Origin: an uncultured delta proteobacterium
GTDB taxonomy: Bacteria > Myxococcota > Myxococcia > Myxococcales > Anaeromyxobacteraceae
Length of the DNA: 64,000 nt
Direction of reading: 5' to 3'
Assembly: GCA_963766715.1 (NCBI GenBank)
Contig: CAVYBH010000013.1
Location: 1-64,000, forward strand
In this document: in pieces, positions 11,748 through 20,770 of the stretch
Position numbering within the stretch: position 1 is the stretch's first letter
How the letters are laid out: every line of letters starts with the position of its first letter
Notes under the pieces: model-generated
What the model was told of the DNA's origin: nothing
Databases searched by the model: none
What the model saw: only the letters and a program-made list of their open reading frames with translations
Made by a program: the position numbers and the translations under genes

Positions 11748-12899
11748 ATGAAGACCCACCGCGCCTCCTCGCCTCCGCTCTCGCGTCGCTGGCGGCTGCC
11801 TGCGGGGAATCCACCTTCACGATGCCCGCGGGAGGCACCTTCGCGGCCACGGGGAGCCTGGCGACCGCGCGCGTCCTGCATTCCGCGACGGTCCTCCCCG
11901 GCGGCAAGGTGCTCGTCGCGGCGGGGATGGGAATCCTGTCGCCTGCCCATCTCGCCAGCGCGGAGGTCTACGACCCTGCCGCGGGTACGTTCTCCGCGAC
12001 CGGGAGCCTGCTGACGGCGAGGGCCGCGCACACAGCGACGCTCCTGCCCGGCGGCAAGGTCCTGATCGCTGCAGGAACCGGGGAAGGGCCGGTCCTCGAG
12101 AGCGCGGAACTCTACGACCCGGCCACGGGGACGTTCGAGGCCACCGGGAGCCTGTCGGGAGCGCGCAGCGGGCACTCGGCGACGCTGCTGCCCGGCGGCA
12201 AGGTGCTCATCGTCGCGGGGGTCGGACCCTCGAGCAGCTCTCCCCTCGAGCCCCTCGCGAGCGCGGAACTCTACGACCCATCCACCGGGACGTTCACCGC
12301 CACGGGCAGCCTCACGACGGCGCGCCGCGATCACACCGCGACCTTGCTGCCGGACGGGAGGGTCCTCATCGCCGGGGGGAGCTCGAGTGACGGCGGGGTC
12401 CTCGGCCTCGGCGGAGCTGTACGACCCGGCCACGGGAACGTTCACCGCGACGGGGACGTTGAACCAGGCGCGGACCTACCACACGGCGACCCTCCTCCTG
12501 ACCGGCAAGGTGCTCGTCACCGGAGGGTTCGGCCCCTCGAGCCGCGACCTGGCGACCTCCGAGCTCTACGATCCCGCGACCGGCACCTTCACGCCGACCG
12601 GGAGCCTGCAGAACGCGAGGAACCGCCACACGGCGACGCTCTTGCCCAGCGGCCGGGTGCTGGTCGCGGGAGGCGGGACGATGAGCGGCGGCGTCTCCCT
12701 CGGATCCGCGGAGCTGTACGATCCCGTGATCGGAGCGTACGCACCCACCGGGAACCTGGTGCAGGCGCGCGCGATGCACACGGCGACGCTCCTCTCCGGC
12801 GGCAAGGTGCTCGTCACGGCCGGGAACCCGTCGCTCGCGACTGCCGAGCTGTTCGACCCCGCGGGAACCGTCCAGGACCCTTCGCCCCCGGCCAGCTAG
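11748..12899 (+). CDS. Kelch/galactose-oxidase-like 7-repeat beta-propeller lipoprotein (frameshifts near 11760 and 12390)
   Basis: Seven xTGxL..AR..HxATxL..GxVL repeats across ORFs 11822.. and 12387..; LAAAC lipobox upstream. Confidence 0.85.
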
Positions 12900-12925
12900 C
12901 CGCGTGAGCACGCCCGTGGAACCTC

Positions 12926-13270
12926 TCACGGCGTCGTGGGATCGTTCACAACCGTCACGGTCGTCTCGGCGGTGGCGATCCCTGCCGGGTTCGTCGCGGT
13001 CAGGGTGTAGGTCGTGGTTGCCGTGGGATTGACGATCACGCTCAGCCCCGAAACCGTTCCCACGCCCTGGTCGATGGACATGACCGTCGCGCCAGCCACG
13101 CTCCAATCCAGCGTGGATGCCTGGCCTGAGACGGTCGTCGAAGGCGTGGCCAGGAACCACGCGATCTCCGGGGCCCCCGGCGGCGGGTTCCCACCTCCGG
13201 AGTCGCCACCGCCGCAGCCCAGTGCGAGAGAGGCCGCGAGGAGCGCCACCCGGAAGCGTCCAACTCGCAT
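12926..13270 (-). CDS. Lipoprotein with a single Ig/PKD-like domain
   Basis: LALGC lipobox, Gly/Pro linker, STLDWSV...TTTYTLTATN beta-sandwich signature. Confidence 0.75.
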   Translation of the reverse strand: MRVGRFRVALLAASLALGCGGGDSGGGNPPPGAPEIAWFLATPSTTVSGQASTLDWSVAGATVMSIDQGVGTVSGLSVIVNPTATTTYTLTATNPAGIATAETTVTVVNDPTTP

Positions 13271-13465
13271 CGCCCGTCCCTCCTGGACACGCCGAACTGG
13301 AACGACACCGTCACCTTGCAGTTCGGGTTATAGACGCCGTCCTGGGCCCGGCAAGCAGGCAGTCCGCGCCAGGGCGAGTGCGGCGGTCTCGGCGTTACCC
13401 GCGGAACCGCCCGAAATGTCATGGTATGAAGCGATGCAAACGCAAGCAGGGCAACGAAACGATAC

Positions 13466-13538
13466 GAGGCGCTAGCTCAACTGGCAGAGCATCGGCCTTT
13501 TAAGCCGGTGGTTCCGGGTTCGATTCCCGGGCGCCTCA
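13466..13538 (+). tRNA. tRNA-Lys (anticodon UUU), CCA not encoded
   Basis: Acceptor GAGGCGC/GCGCCTC, D arm GCTC/GAGC, anticodon loop CT-TTT-AA, T arm CCGGG-TTCGATT-CCCGG. Confidence 0.97.
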
Positions 13539-13578
13539 CTCGCTCCCCTCCCACCGGAGAGGCGAGGCCGCTCCATCC

Positions 13579-14010
13579 CTACCGCGACGCCTTGAGCACG
13601 GCGCAGGACGCCTCGACGCCGCTCACGCAGGCCAGCTGCGCCTGCTCGAGGTCCCGGCACACGGCGGTCTCGGTGTACCCGTGGGCGGCCGAGAAGGCGT
13701 CCATCACGGCCACGCCGACGAGAACGATCCCGAGCGCGAGGTAGCTGATGGCGACGGGCTCCTGGATCCAGCAGGTGGTCCAGTCGCACCCGCTCAGGGC
13801 GGCGGCTCCGATCCCGACTCCGGCGCCGCCGAGCACCAGCGCGGCGGACCCGACCACGGTGTCCGCGACCGGCGCCGCCACCGACGTCGTGCACGCGAGC
13901 TTCTCGTTCTTCTCCACCGGCCCCTGCGGCGGCCTGGCCACGGTGATCCAGGAGCAGGCGGCCTGGGCGAGAAGGCAGGCCACGGCGGCGGCGGTGCGAA
14001 GCTTCGGCAT
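13579..14010 (-). CDS. Hypothetical Cys-rich membrane lipoprotein
   Basis: MPKLRTAAAVACLLAQAAC signal, two hydrophobic helices, several Cys. Confidence 0.65.
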   Translation of the reverse strand: MPKLRTAAAVACLLAQAACSWITVARPPQGPVEKNEKLACTTSVAAPVADTVVGSAALVLGGAGVGIGAAALSGCDWTTCWIQEPVAISYLALGIVLVGVAVMDAFSAAHGYTETAVCRDLEQAQLACVSGVEASCAVLKASR

Positions 14011-14191
14011 TCGGGTTTTCCTCCGGGAACCCGGCCATTCTCCCCTGCAAGGGAGGCCCGCCCCCGGGCCATCCGGGGCTCGACCCACGCGGTCGTCGCG
14101 CCCCTCGCCCACCTTGAATCCGGCAGCCGGCAGGCTAGACTGCCGCGCGTGCCCGGCGGGTACCGCGCGGGTCGTCCCAGGAGGCATCACC

Positions 14192-14830
14192 TTGAGCCGA
14201 ATCCTCGTCGCCGTCGCAGTCGCCCTCGCCATCTCCGGATGCAAGAAGAACGAGCCGGTCGTGGCCGCGCCCGTCGCCCCGCCTGTGGGAGGTGTACCTA
14301 CCCTCCCGCCGCAGCAGGGCATGCCGCCCCCCGCCATGCCGCCCGGCGGAGGAATGCCCGGCGCGCCTGGCCCGGAGCAGCGCATCGCCGTCGCCAAGCA
14401 GCTCGTGGCCCAGAATCCCAAGGACGTCCAGGCCTGGATCTCGCTCGGGAACGACTACTTCGACAGCCACCAGCACCAGGCGGCCATCGACGCCTACTCG
14501 AACGCCCTGGCGCTCGACCCCAAGAACCCCGACGTCCTCACCGACCAGGGCGTCATGTACCGGGAGATTGGCCAGTACGACAAGGCGGTCGCCAACTTCC
14601 TGAAGGCGAACCAGGTCGCTCCGACGCACATGCAGAGCCTCTTCAACGCCGGTGTCGTCTACGCCTACGACCTCAAGGACTACAAGCGGGCCGAGGACAC
14701 CTGGCTCAAGGTCATCGCCAACGACAAGTCGGGGCGCTTCGCCGCCCAGGCCGGCAACGCCATCGCCGAGCTGCGGCAGCGCAGCGCGGCGCCGGGTGCG
14801 CCGGCCCCGATGGCCCCCCCGGCGAAGTGA
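14192..14830 (+). CDS. TPR-repeat lipoprotein
   Basis: GGAGG SD then TTG; ISGC lipobox; Pro-rich linker; TPRs ([29 protein letters not shown]). Confidence 0.85.
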   Translation: MSRILVAVAVALAISGCKKNEPVVAAPVAPPVGGVPTLPPQQGMPPPAMPPGGGMPGAPGPEQRIAVAKQLVAQNPKDVQAWISLGNDYFDSHQHQAAIDAYSNALALDPKNPDVLTDQGVMYREIGQYDKAVANFLKANQVAPTHMQSLFNAGVVYAYDLKDYKRAEDTWLKVIANDKSGRFAAQAGNAIAELRQRSAAPGAPAPMAPPAK

Positions 14831-14876
14831 CCGCGCCGAAGCGAATCCCCGCCATCTCGACGAACGGAGGAACTCC

Positions 14877-16001
14877 ATGGCCCGCAAGATGAACTTCAAC
14901 GCCGGTCCCGCCGCCCTTCCCCTCCCCGCCCTGGAGCGGGCGCGCGAGGAGCTCCTCGACCTCGCCGGAAGCGGCATGTCGGTCATGGAGCACAGCCACC
15001 GCGGCAAGGAGTACGAGGCGGTCCACGACGAGGCCCTCTCCCTCCTGCGGGAGCTGCTCGGCGTGCCCGCCACGCACGAGATCCTCTTCCTGCAGGGCGG
15101 CGCGTCCGCCCTCTTCGCGCAGATCCCCATGAACCTCATGGAGAAGGGCAAGGCGGCGCAGTACCTGGTCACCGGCGCCTGGGGCGAGAAGGCGGTCGGG
15201 GAGGCCAAGGTCGTCGCCGCGCTGCTCGGCTCGAGCGTCTCCACCCAGACGACCGGGACGGGCGACGGCAAGGAGAAGAGCTACGTCCGCGTCCCGGCGC
15301 CCTCCGAGGTGAAGGTGGACCCGGGCGCGTCCTACCTGCACCTCACCTCGAACGAGACCATCCACGGGATCGAGTTCAACGTGGAACCGGCGCGCGCGTT
15401 CCCGGACACCGGCGCCGTCCCCCTCGTCGCCGACATGTCGAGCGACTTCCTCTGGCGTCCCATCGACGTCTCGCGATTCGGGATCGTCTACGCCGGGGCC
15501 CAGAAGAACATCGGCCCGTCGGGCATCGTGGTGGCCATCGTCTCGAAGGACCTGATCGAGAAGGGGCGCAAGGACATCCCCAAGATCTTCCAGTTCCGGA
15601 CCCACGCCGAGAACAAGTCCCTCTACAACACGCCGCCGACCTTCGGCGTCTACATGGTCCGGAACGTGCTCGCCTGGCTGAAGGGGCTGGGCGGACTCCC
15701 CGCCATGGAAGCCATGAACCGCAAGAAGGCGGCGCGGCTCTACGGCGCCATCGACGGCAACTCCTCGTTCTACCGGTCGCCGGTCGAGCGGGAGAGCCGC
15801 TCGGTCATGAACGTGGTCTTCCGTCTCCCCACCGAGGCGCTCGAGGAGCAGTTCGTCTCCGAGGCCAAGAAGCTCGGCATGGTGGGACTGAAGGGTCACC
15901 GCTCGGTGGGCGGCATCCGCGTCTCGACCTACAACGCCGTGCCGTACGAGTGGGTGGACGCGCTCGCCGGGTTCATGGCGGAGTTCTCGAAGGGCAAGTG
16001 A
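14877..16001 (+). CDS. serC: Phosphoserine aminotransferase
   Basis: NFNAGPA, SHRG, NETIHG, AGAQKN (PLP Lys) and GHRSVGGIR motifs. Confidence 0.97.
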   Translation: MARKMNFNAGPAALPLPALERAREELLDLAGSGMSVMEHSHRGKEYEAVHDEALSLLRELLGVPATHEILFLQGGASALFAQIPMNLMEKGKAAQYLVTGAWGEKAVGEAKVVAALLGSSVSTQTTGTGDGKEKSYVRVPAPSEVKVDPGASYLHLTSNETIHGIEFNVEPARAFPDTGAVPLVADMSSDFLWRPIDVSRFGIVYAGAQKNIGPSGIVVAIVSKDLIEKGRKDIPKIFQFRTHAENKSLYNTPPTFGVYMVRNVLAWLKGLGGLPAMEAMNRKKAARLYGAIDGNSSFYRSPVERESRSVMNVVFRLPTEALEEQFVSEAKKLGMVGLKGHRSVGGIRVSTYNAVPYEWVDALAGFMAEFSKGK

Positions 16002-16393
16002 GGACGGCCGTCGGGCTGGCCCTGGCGCTGCTGGTCTCGGTCGACGGCGCGATCATCGCGCTCACGCCGATCCTGGCTCGCGGCGAGGCGACCTTCTGGG
16101 GCGGGATGGTGCTCCAGATGGCCGTGTCGGCCGGGGCGGCCTTCCTGGCCGCCCGGCTCGCGCCCCGGGACAACCTCCGGGCGGGGATCTTCCTGGCCCT
16201 GCCGGCGGCGATTCTCTGGGTGGTCCACGACGTCGCCGCCGCGACGCCCGAGCCCGGCGCAGGGGGTCTCGGCCTCGCCGGGCACGCCGCCGTCGTGGCG
16301 GTGGCCCTCGGGCTCAACCTCGTCCTGTGCGGCGCCGGCGCCGCCGTGGGCGACTGGCAGCGTCACGGGGCGACGCAGCCCGACGCCCGCTAG
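15998..16393 (+). CDS. Hypothetical membrane protein (4 TM)
   Basis: GTG overlaps the serC TGA; four hydrophobic segments. Confidence 0.6.
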   Translation: MRTAVGLALALLVSVDGAIIALTPILARGEATFWGGMVLQMAVSAGAAFLAARLAPRDNLRAGIFLALPAAILWVVHDVAAATPEPGAGGLGLAGHAAVVAVALGLNLVLCGAGAAVGDWQRHGATQPDAR

Positions 16394-18063
16394 TACGTTC
16401 CGACGAGGAACAGGTTCGACGCGGTCCCGAAGGGGATCGACGCCTCCCCGCTCTCGAGCCCCGTCCGGACCATCACCGACGCCCGGAGCGAGAGCCAGTT
16501 CGTGAGCCCCACCGTGGCGTTCACGGTGATGCCGAGCTCGTCCAGCGCCGCGGCCGAGGTGACGCCGCCGATGGTCTCGGTGGTCTGGAACCAGGAGAGC
16601 CTCCCGGTGAGCCGGGTGTCGGGCGTAGGCGCCCACGCCACCTGCCCCCAGGCGCTCTGTCCGTCCACCCAGCCGAAGTCCTTCAGGTACCCGAAGGAGA
16701 GGCCGGCCAGGACCTTCGTGAAGGTGACCTCCGGACCGACGTACGAGTGGGACACGAAGGAGGTCAGGTCGTCGACCCAGCCGCCCAGGGCGGCGATCCG
16801 CAGCCAGGGAAGCGCGTCGACGCCGGCGCTCCCGTCGGCGCGTCGCGACGGTCCCGGGTAGGTCGCGATGGGCTCGTTCTCGGGCAGGAGCAGGCCCCAG
16901 TAGGAGAACCCGGCCGAGAGCCAGACGATGGGATCGGGCCGGACGGTGAGCGAGAGCCGGGCCGCGTCGATGTAGGCCGGGGCCCGAACGTCGCCGAACC
17001 CCATCCGGAGGTCTCCGCTCGCGCTGAAGATGCCGCCCGCCCAGTAGTTGAGCAGCAGCTCCCCCTCGTAGTGGCGCTCCACCGCCGGGTTCTGGACCAC
17101 GGCCAGGCGGGCGCTCCCGGTGAGCAGGGTCGAACCGATGGGGGCCTCGAAGTTGCCGTAGAGGCCGCCGGTGTACCGGTTGGTGGTGGGCTCGGTGGTC
17201 CACGGGTCGGGCACCAGGCCGCCGAAGACGCCGATCTCGTTCCGGCCCAGCCGGATGCCGCCCTGGGCGCCGTCGAACACGGACGAGCCCGGGACGAACC
17301 AGGGCTGGACCCGGCCGAACGCGGCGCTCCACTTGCGGTTCGGATCGCGCTGGGCGAGCTCGAGGTCGTAGACGAGGAGCTGGGTCGACGACCCGGGAAC
17401 GTAGGTGGCATCGCGCTGGGTCCACTGCATGAGCCGGGCGTCCGCGAAGACCTTGAACCCGGCGAAGGCATCGAGTCCGTTCACCTGGACGTCGAGCTGG
17501 AGCCGCTGCGAGTCGCCAGGACCTCCGGGGCTCGCCAGCCACACCGCGTAGCCCAGGTCGCCCTGGATCCGCGGAAGCTGGCCGATCGACACGGCTCGCG
17601 GCTGCACCTTGGCCTCGACGAGGGCGACCGGAGTGCCGGTCACCTGGGCGAGACGCGCCGCCTGCTCCTCGTCGGTCGGGATGGGAGGCATCGTGGCCAC
17701 GGCGGGGGCCCCGGGGATGGTGGTGTCCACGACGAATCGGTCGCCGGAACGGATCCCGGTGCCGACGCAGGTCGCCGAGTGGTCGGCGGTCTCCCGCACC
17801 GTGCAGGTCCCGGACGGCTGGCCGGCGCGGCTCAGGCGGATGACCTGGCCGACGCCCACGCCCTCGAGGGCCCCGGCGTCGATGTAGCCGGCGCTCGCCG
17901 TCGCGAAGGTCACCTTTCCCTCGACCCGCCGCGCCACCGTGGGAGCGGGGGCGCCCTGCGCGGTTGCCGCGGACGGCGTGGTGGGCGGCGCCTGCGGCGG
18001 AGGCTCGGCCTGGGCCACGGGCGAGGCCGCGAGCAGCAAGGCCAGGACGGAGAGCGCGCTCAT
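16390..18063 (-). CDS. Putative outer-membrane beta-barrel protein
   Basis: Signal peptide, small N-terminal beta domain, many amphipathic strands, terminal aromatic residue (LFLVGTY). Confidence 0.75.
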   Translation of the reverse strand: MSALSVLALLLAASPVAQAEPPPQAPPTTPSAATAQGAPAPTVARRVEGKVTFATASAGYIDAGALEGVGVGQVIRLSRAGQPSGTCTVRETADHSATCVGTGIRSGDRFVVDTTIPGAPAVATMPPIPTDEEQAARLAQVTGTPVALVEAKVQPRAVSIGQLPRIQGDLGYAVWLASPGGPGDSQRLQLDVQVNGLDAFAGFKVFADARLMQWTQRDATYVPGSSTQLLVYDLELAQRDPNRKWSAAFGRVQPWFVPGSSVFDGAQGGIRLGRNEIGVFGGLVPDPWTTEPTTNRYTGGLYGNFEAPIGSTLLTGSARLAVVQNPAVERHYEGELLLNYWAGGIFSASGDLRMGFGDVRAPAYIDAARLSLTVRPDPIVWLSAGFSYWGLLLPENEPIATYPGPSRRADGSAGVDALPWLRIAALGGWVDDLTSFVSHSYVGPEVTFTKVLAGLSFGYLKDFGWVDGQSAWGQVAWAPTPDTRLTGRLSWFQTTETIGGVTSAAALDELGITVNATVGLTNWLSLRASVMVRTGLESGEASIPFGTASNLFLVGTY

Positions 18064-18953
18064 GGCTTCACCTTCCGGAGCGGCCGGATGCTGTTCCCGC
18101 CGGCGTCACCCACCGTTCCTCGCGGGTGGCACTCGTAGCAGCGCTGGTCCAGGTTGACGCAGGAGAAGCCCGGGACGCTGGTGTGCTGGGGCTGGACCGT
18201 GCTGCAGGAGTGGCAGCGCGTGCAGGCGGGATACGGCACGCTGGAGCAGGAGCCGATCTGGAGCGGCTGCGGCAGCGTCACGTGGCACCGGGAGCAGGGG
18301 ATCCCGGCGTGGTTGCCCGAGTCGATGGGGAAGCACGATCCGTGGCCGCCGAAGGTGGCGGGGCTCCAGCGCCAGAAACCGTGGCAGCCCAGGCAGGCGA
18401 GCTGCGGGTAGCCGGGAAAGGCGGCGTGGTCCGTCCCCTTGACGCCGGCGGTCTGCAGATCGGCCTGGTGGCATTCCCAGCAGGCCACCGTGGGACGGGC
18501 GAAGGCGCGGTCGCGCCGGTCGCCGTGGCACTGCTCGCAGGGAAGCAGCGCATGGCGCCCCTGCAGCGGGAAGTTGGTGCGGCGGTGCGCATCGGCATCG
18601 AACCGGGACTTCCATCCCTCGGTGTCGTGGCAGGAGGCGCACTGGACGCCCGCGTACCCGCCGTGGACGTCCCGGTGGCAGGCCGAGCAGGCGCGACCGA
18701 GCGGCTCCTTGAAGTCGCCGACATGGCACTTGCGGCAGGTCACCTGGAGGTGCTTCCCGGTGAGCGGGAACCCGGTGCGCTCGTGGATGAACTTCACGTC
18801 GCCCCACCCCTCGGGCGTATGGCAGGCCGAGCACTTGGTGTCCCCGGGGCCGTGCGCGGCCGACGCCTTCGCCGCCGGCTCGGGGGCCGGCGCCTGCGAC
18901 TGGGGCGCCGCGGCCAGGAGGAGGAAGACCGCTGCGGTGGCGATGGTCGTCAC
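18060..18953 (-). CDS. Multiheme cytochrome c (10 CxxCH)
   Basis: Ten CxxCH counted; signal peptide after GTG 18953, which overlaps the upstream TGA. Confidence 0.93.
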   Translation of the reverse strand: MTTIATAAVFLLLAAAPQSQAPAPEPAAKASAAHGPGDTKCSACHTPEGWGDVKFIHERTGFPLTGKHLQVTCRKCHVGDFKEPLGRACSACHRDVHGGYAGVQCASCHDTEGWKSRFDADAHRRTNFPLQGRHALLPCEQCHGDRRDRAFARPTVACWECHQADLQTAGVKGTDHAAFPGYPQLACLGCHGFWRWSPATFGGHGSCFPIDSGNHAGIPCSRCHVTLPQPLQIGSCSSVPYPACTRCHSCSTVQPQHTSVPGFSCVNLDQRCYECHPRGTVGDAGGNSIRPLRKVKP

Positions 18954-20770
18954 GGCTCGTACCCCCGGAAGGCGCCCTTGTGGAAGTCGGCGTGGCATCC
19001 CTGGCAGTCACGCGGAACCGGCTTGTAGCGCTTGATGTCGAGCTTCCCGACCTTGGCGACCGGATGGCACTTGTCGCAGGCCAGCTTGGCGTGCTTCCCG
19101 GTCAGGGCGTAGGTCGTGAACGGCTCGGCGTGGACGAACTTGAGCTTCTTCCAGTCGTCCACCCCGTGGCACTGGGCGCACTCGGTGACCTTCTTCACCG
19201 CGAACTGGCCGGCGTGGGGATCGGCGTGGCACTTCGCGCAGGCGGTCGGGGCCCCCGCGTACTTCACGAAGGGCTTCCCGTCCTTGGCGGCCGCCGTCGC
19301 GTGGCAGGAGGCGCAGGCGGTCTTGCCGTGCTTCCCGTCGAGGCGGAATTTCGTGTCGACGGCGTGGTCGAACTTCGTCTTCGTGAAGCTGGCCTGGTCG
19401 TGACAGGCCGTGCAGCCGCCCTGCGCCATGCGCTTCTCGAACTGCCCCTGGTGGACGTCCCGGTGGCAGGCGGTGCACTTCTTCGCCTCCACCTTCTTCT
19501 CGATGGTGAACTCGCTCACCTTCACCGGGCGCCGTTCCCGCCTCGCCTCGGCGCGGACCGCCGCGGGGACACGCTCCGCGAGCTTGGGATCCTTCACGTG
19601 GCACCGGTCGCAGGCGACCGCCAGGTGCGCCCCCTCGAGCGGGTACTTCGACTTCTGGTGCTCGGCCAGGTCGAACCGGACCGGGACCCAGCCCTGGACG
19701 GCGTGGCACCGGTCGCAGGCCGCCTGCGGCGTCCCCTTCTTGCCCAGCTGGCCGACGTGGGCGTCGAGGTGGCAGTCGGTGCAGGCCGCGAAGGACATCT
19801 CCTTGTACCTGGCCCTCACCTGTCCCTCGAACGGTCCGTGACAGGCCTTGCAGGCCACCTGCACGTGAGCGCCGCGCAGCGGGTAGCGGGTCTTGTCGTG
19901 GAAGCTCGCCGCCTCGCCCTGCGGCTTGACCACCTTCCAGCCGTCGATGACGTGGCAGGTCGCGCAGAGCGGACCGAAGCGGTTCTGGTGCGGGTCCTTG
20001 TGGCAATCGGTGCAGGCGGCGAACGGGAGGGGCTTCAACTTCGCGTAGGTGGGCGAGACCGCCTGCGGGAAGTCGTGCTTGCCCTCGGGGTCGGTGATCG
20101 GCACGTGGCACTTGGCGCAGGGGACCTTCGCGTGCAGCCCGGTGAGCGGGTACCGGGTCCTGGCGTGATCGAAGCCCTTGGTGGCCGGCTTCCAGGCCGC
20201 GGCGTCGTGGCACTTCGCGCAGTCGGTCCCGACCTGGCCGCGGTGCTCGTCGAAGTGGCAGCCGGCGCAGGCGACCGGCATGCCCAGCATGGTCTTCCGC
20301 CCCTTCGCGACGGCCTCCTTCACGGCCCCGTCGGTGATGCGGCGCGGGTCGTGGCAATCGGCGCACTTCGCCTTGGCGTGCTTGCCCGAGAGCGCCCACC
20401 CGGTCTTCTGGTGGTCGAAGGACTTCTGCCCCGCGTCCCCCCAGTCGACGATCGCGTAGCCCCTCCCCTGGTGCTCGTGGTGACAGGCGGTGCAGTCCCG
20501 CTCCTGGAGGCGCCCGTGGAAGCCCTTGCCCGCCGCGATGCCGGCGCGGAGCTCCTTGTGGCATTCCAGGCACTTCTCCGGCGAGAGCTTCTGCCCCGCG
20601 GTGTGGCATTTCGTGCAGTTCTGGAGCCCCTCGAGCTTCTCGTGGGCCCGGGACAGCTCACCCGGCGACACCAGATCGGCGCGCGCCGGGAAGGCGGAGA
20701 GCGCAGCGAGGAAGAGGGCCACCGGGGCGAGGAGCGAGCCGATGGCGGCCCGGCCGAGTCGTGATCTCAT
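18950..20770 (-). CDS. Multiheme cytochrome c (20 CxxCH)
   Basis: Twenty CxxCH counted; signal peptide MRSRLG...PARA; repeated H..T.(Y/F/W).L.G.H modules. Confidence 0.95.
   Translation of the reverse strand: MRSRLGRAAIGSLLAPVALFLAALSAFPARADLVSPGELSRAHEKLEGLQNCTKCHTAGQKLSPEKCLECHKELRAGIAAGKGFHGRLQERDCTACHHEHQGRGYAIVDWGDAGQKSFDHQKTGWALSGKHAKAKCADCHDPRRITDGAVKEAVAKGRKTMLGMPVACAGCHFDEHRGQVGTDCAKCHDAAAWKPATKGFDHARTRYPLTGLHAKVPCAKCHVPITDPEGKHDFPQAVSPTYAKLKPLPFAACTDCHKDPHQNRFGPLCATCHVIDGWKVVKPQGEAASFHDKTRYPLRGAHVQVACKACHGPFEGQVRARYKEMSFAACTDCHLDAHVGQLGKKGTPQAACDRCHAVQGWVPVRFDLAEHQKSKYPLEGAHLAVACDRCHVKDPKLAERVPAAVRAEARRERRPVKVSEFTIEKKVEAKKCTACHRDVHQGQFEKRMAQGGCTACHDQASFTKTKFDHAVDTKFRLDGKHGKTACASCHATAAAKDGKPFVKYAGAPTACAKCHADPHAGQFAVKKVTECAQCHGVDDWKKLKFVHAEPFTTYALTGKHAKLACDKCHPVAKVGKLDIKRYKPVPRDCQGCHADFHKGAFRGYEP

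Noticed and set aside
11822..12870. ~150 bp tandem DNA repeats as a CRISPR or non-coding array
   Set aside because: They are degenerate coding Kelch repeats with no repeat-spacer pattern and no cas genes
13466..14010. Prophage or integrative element at the tRNA
   Set aside because: No integrase, phage gene or att duplication is visible in the window
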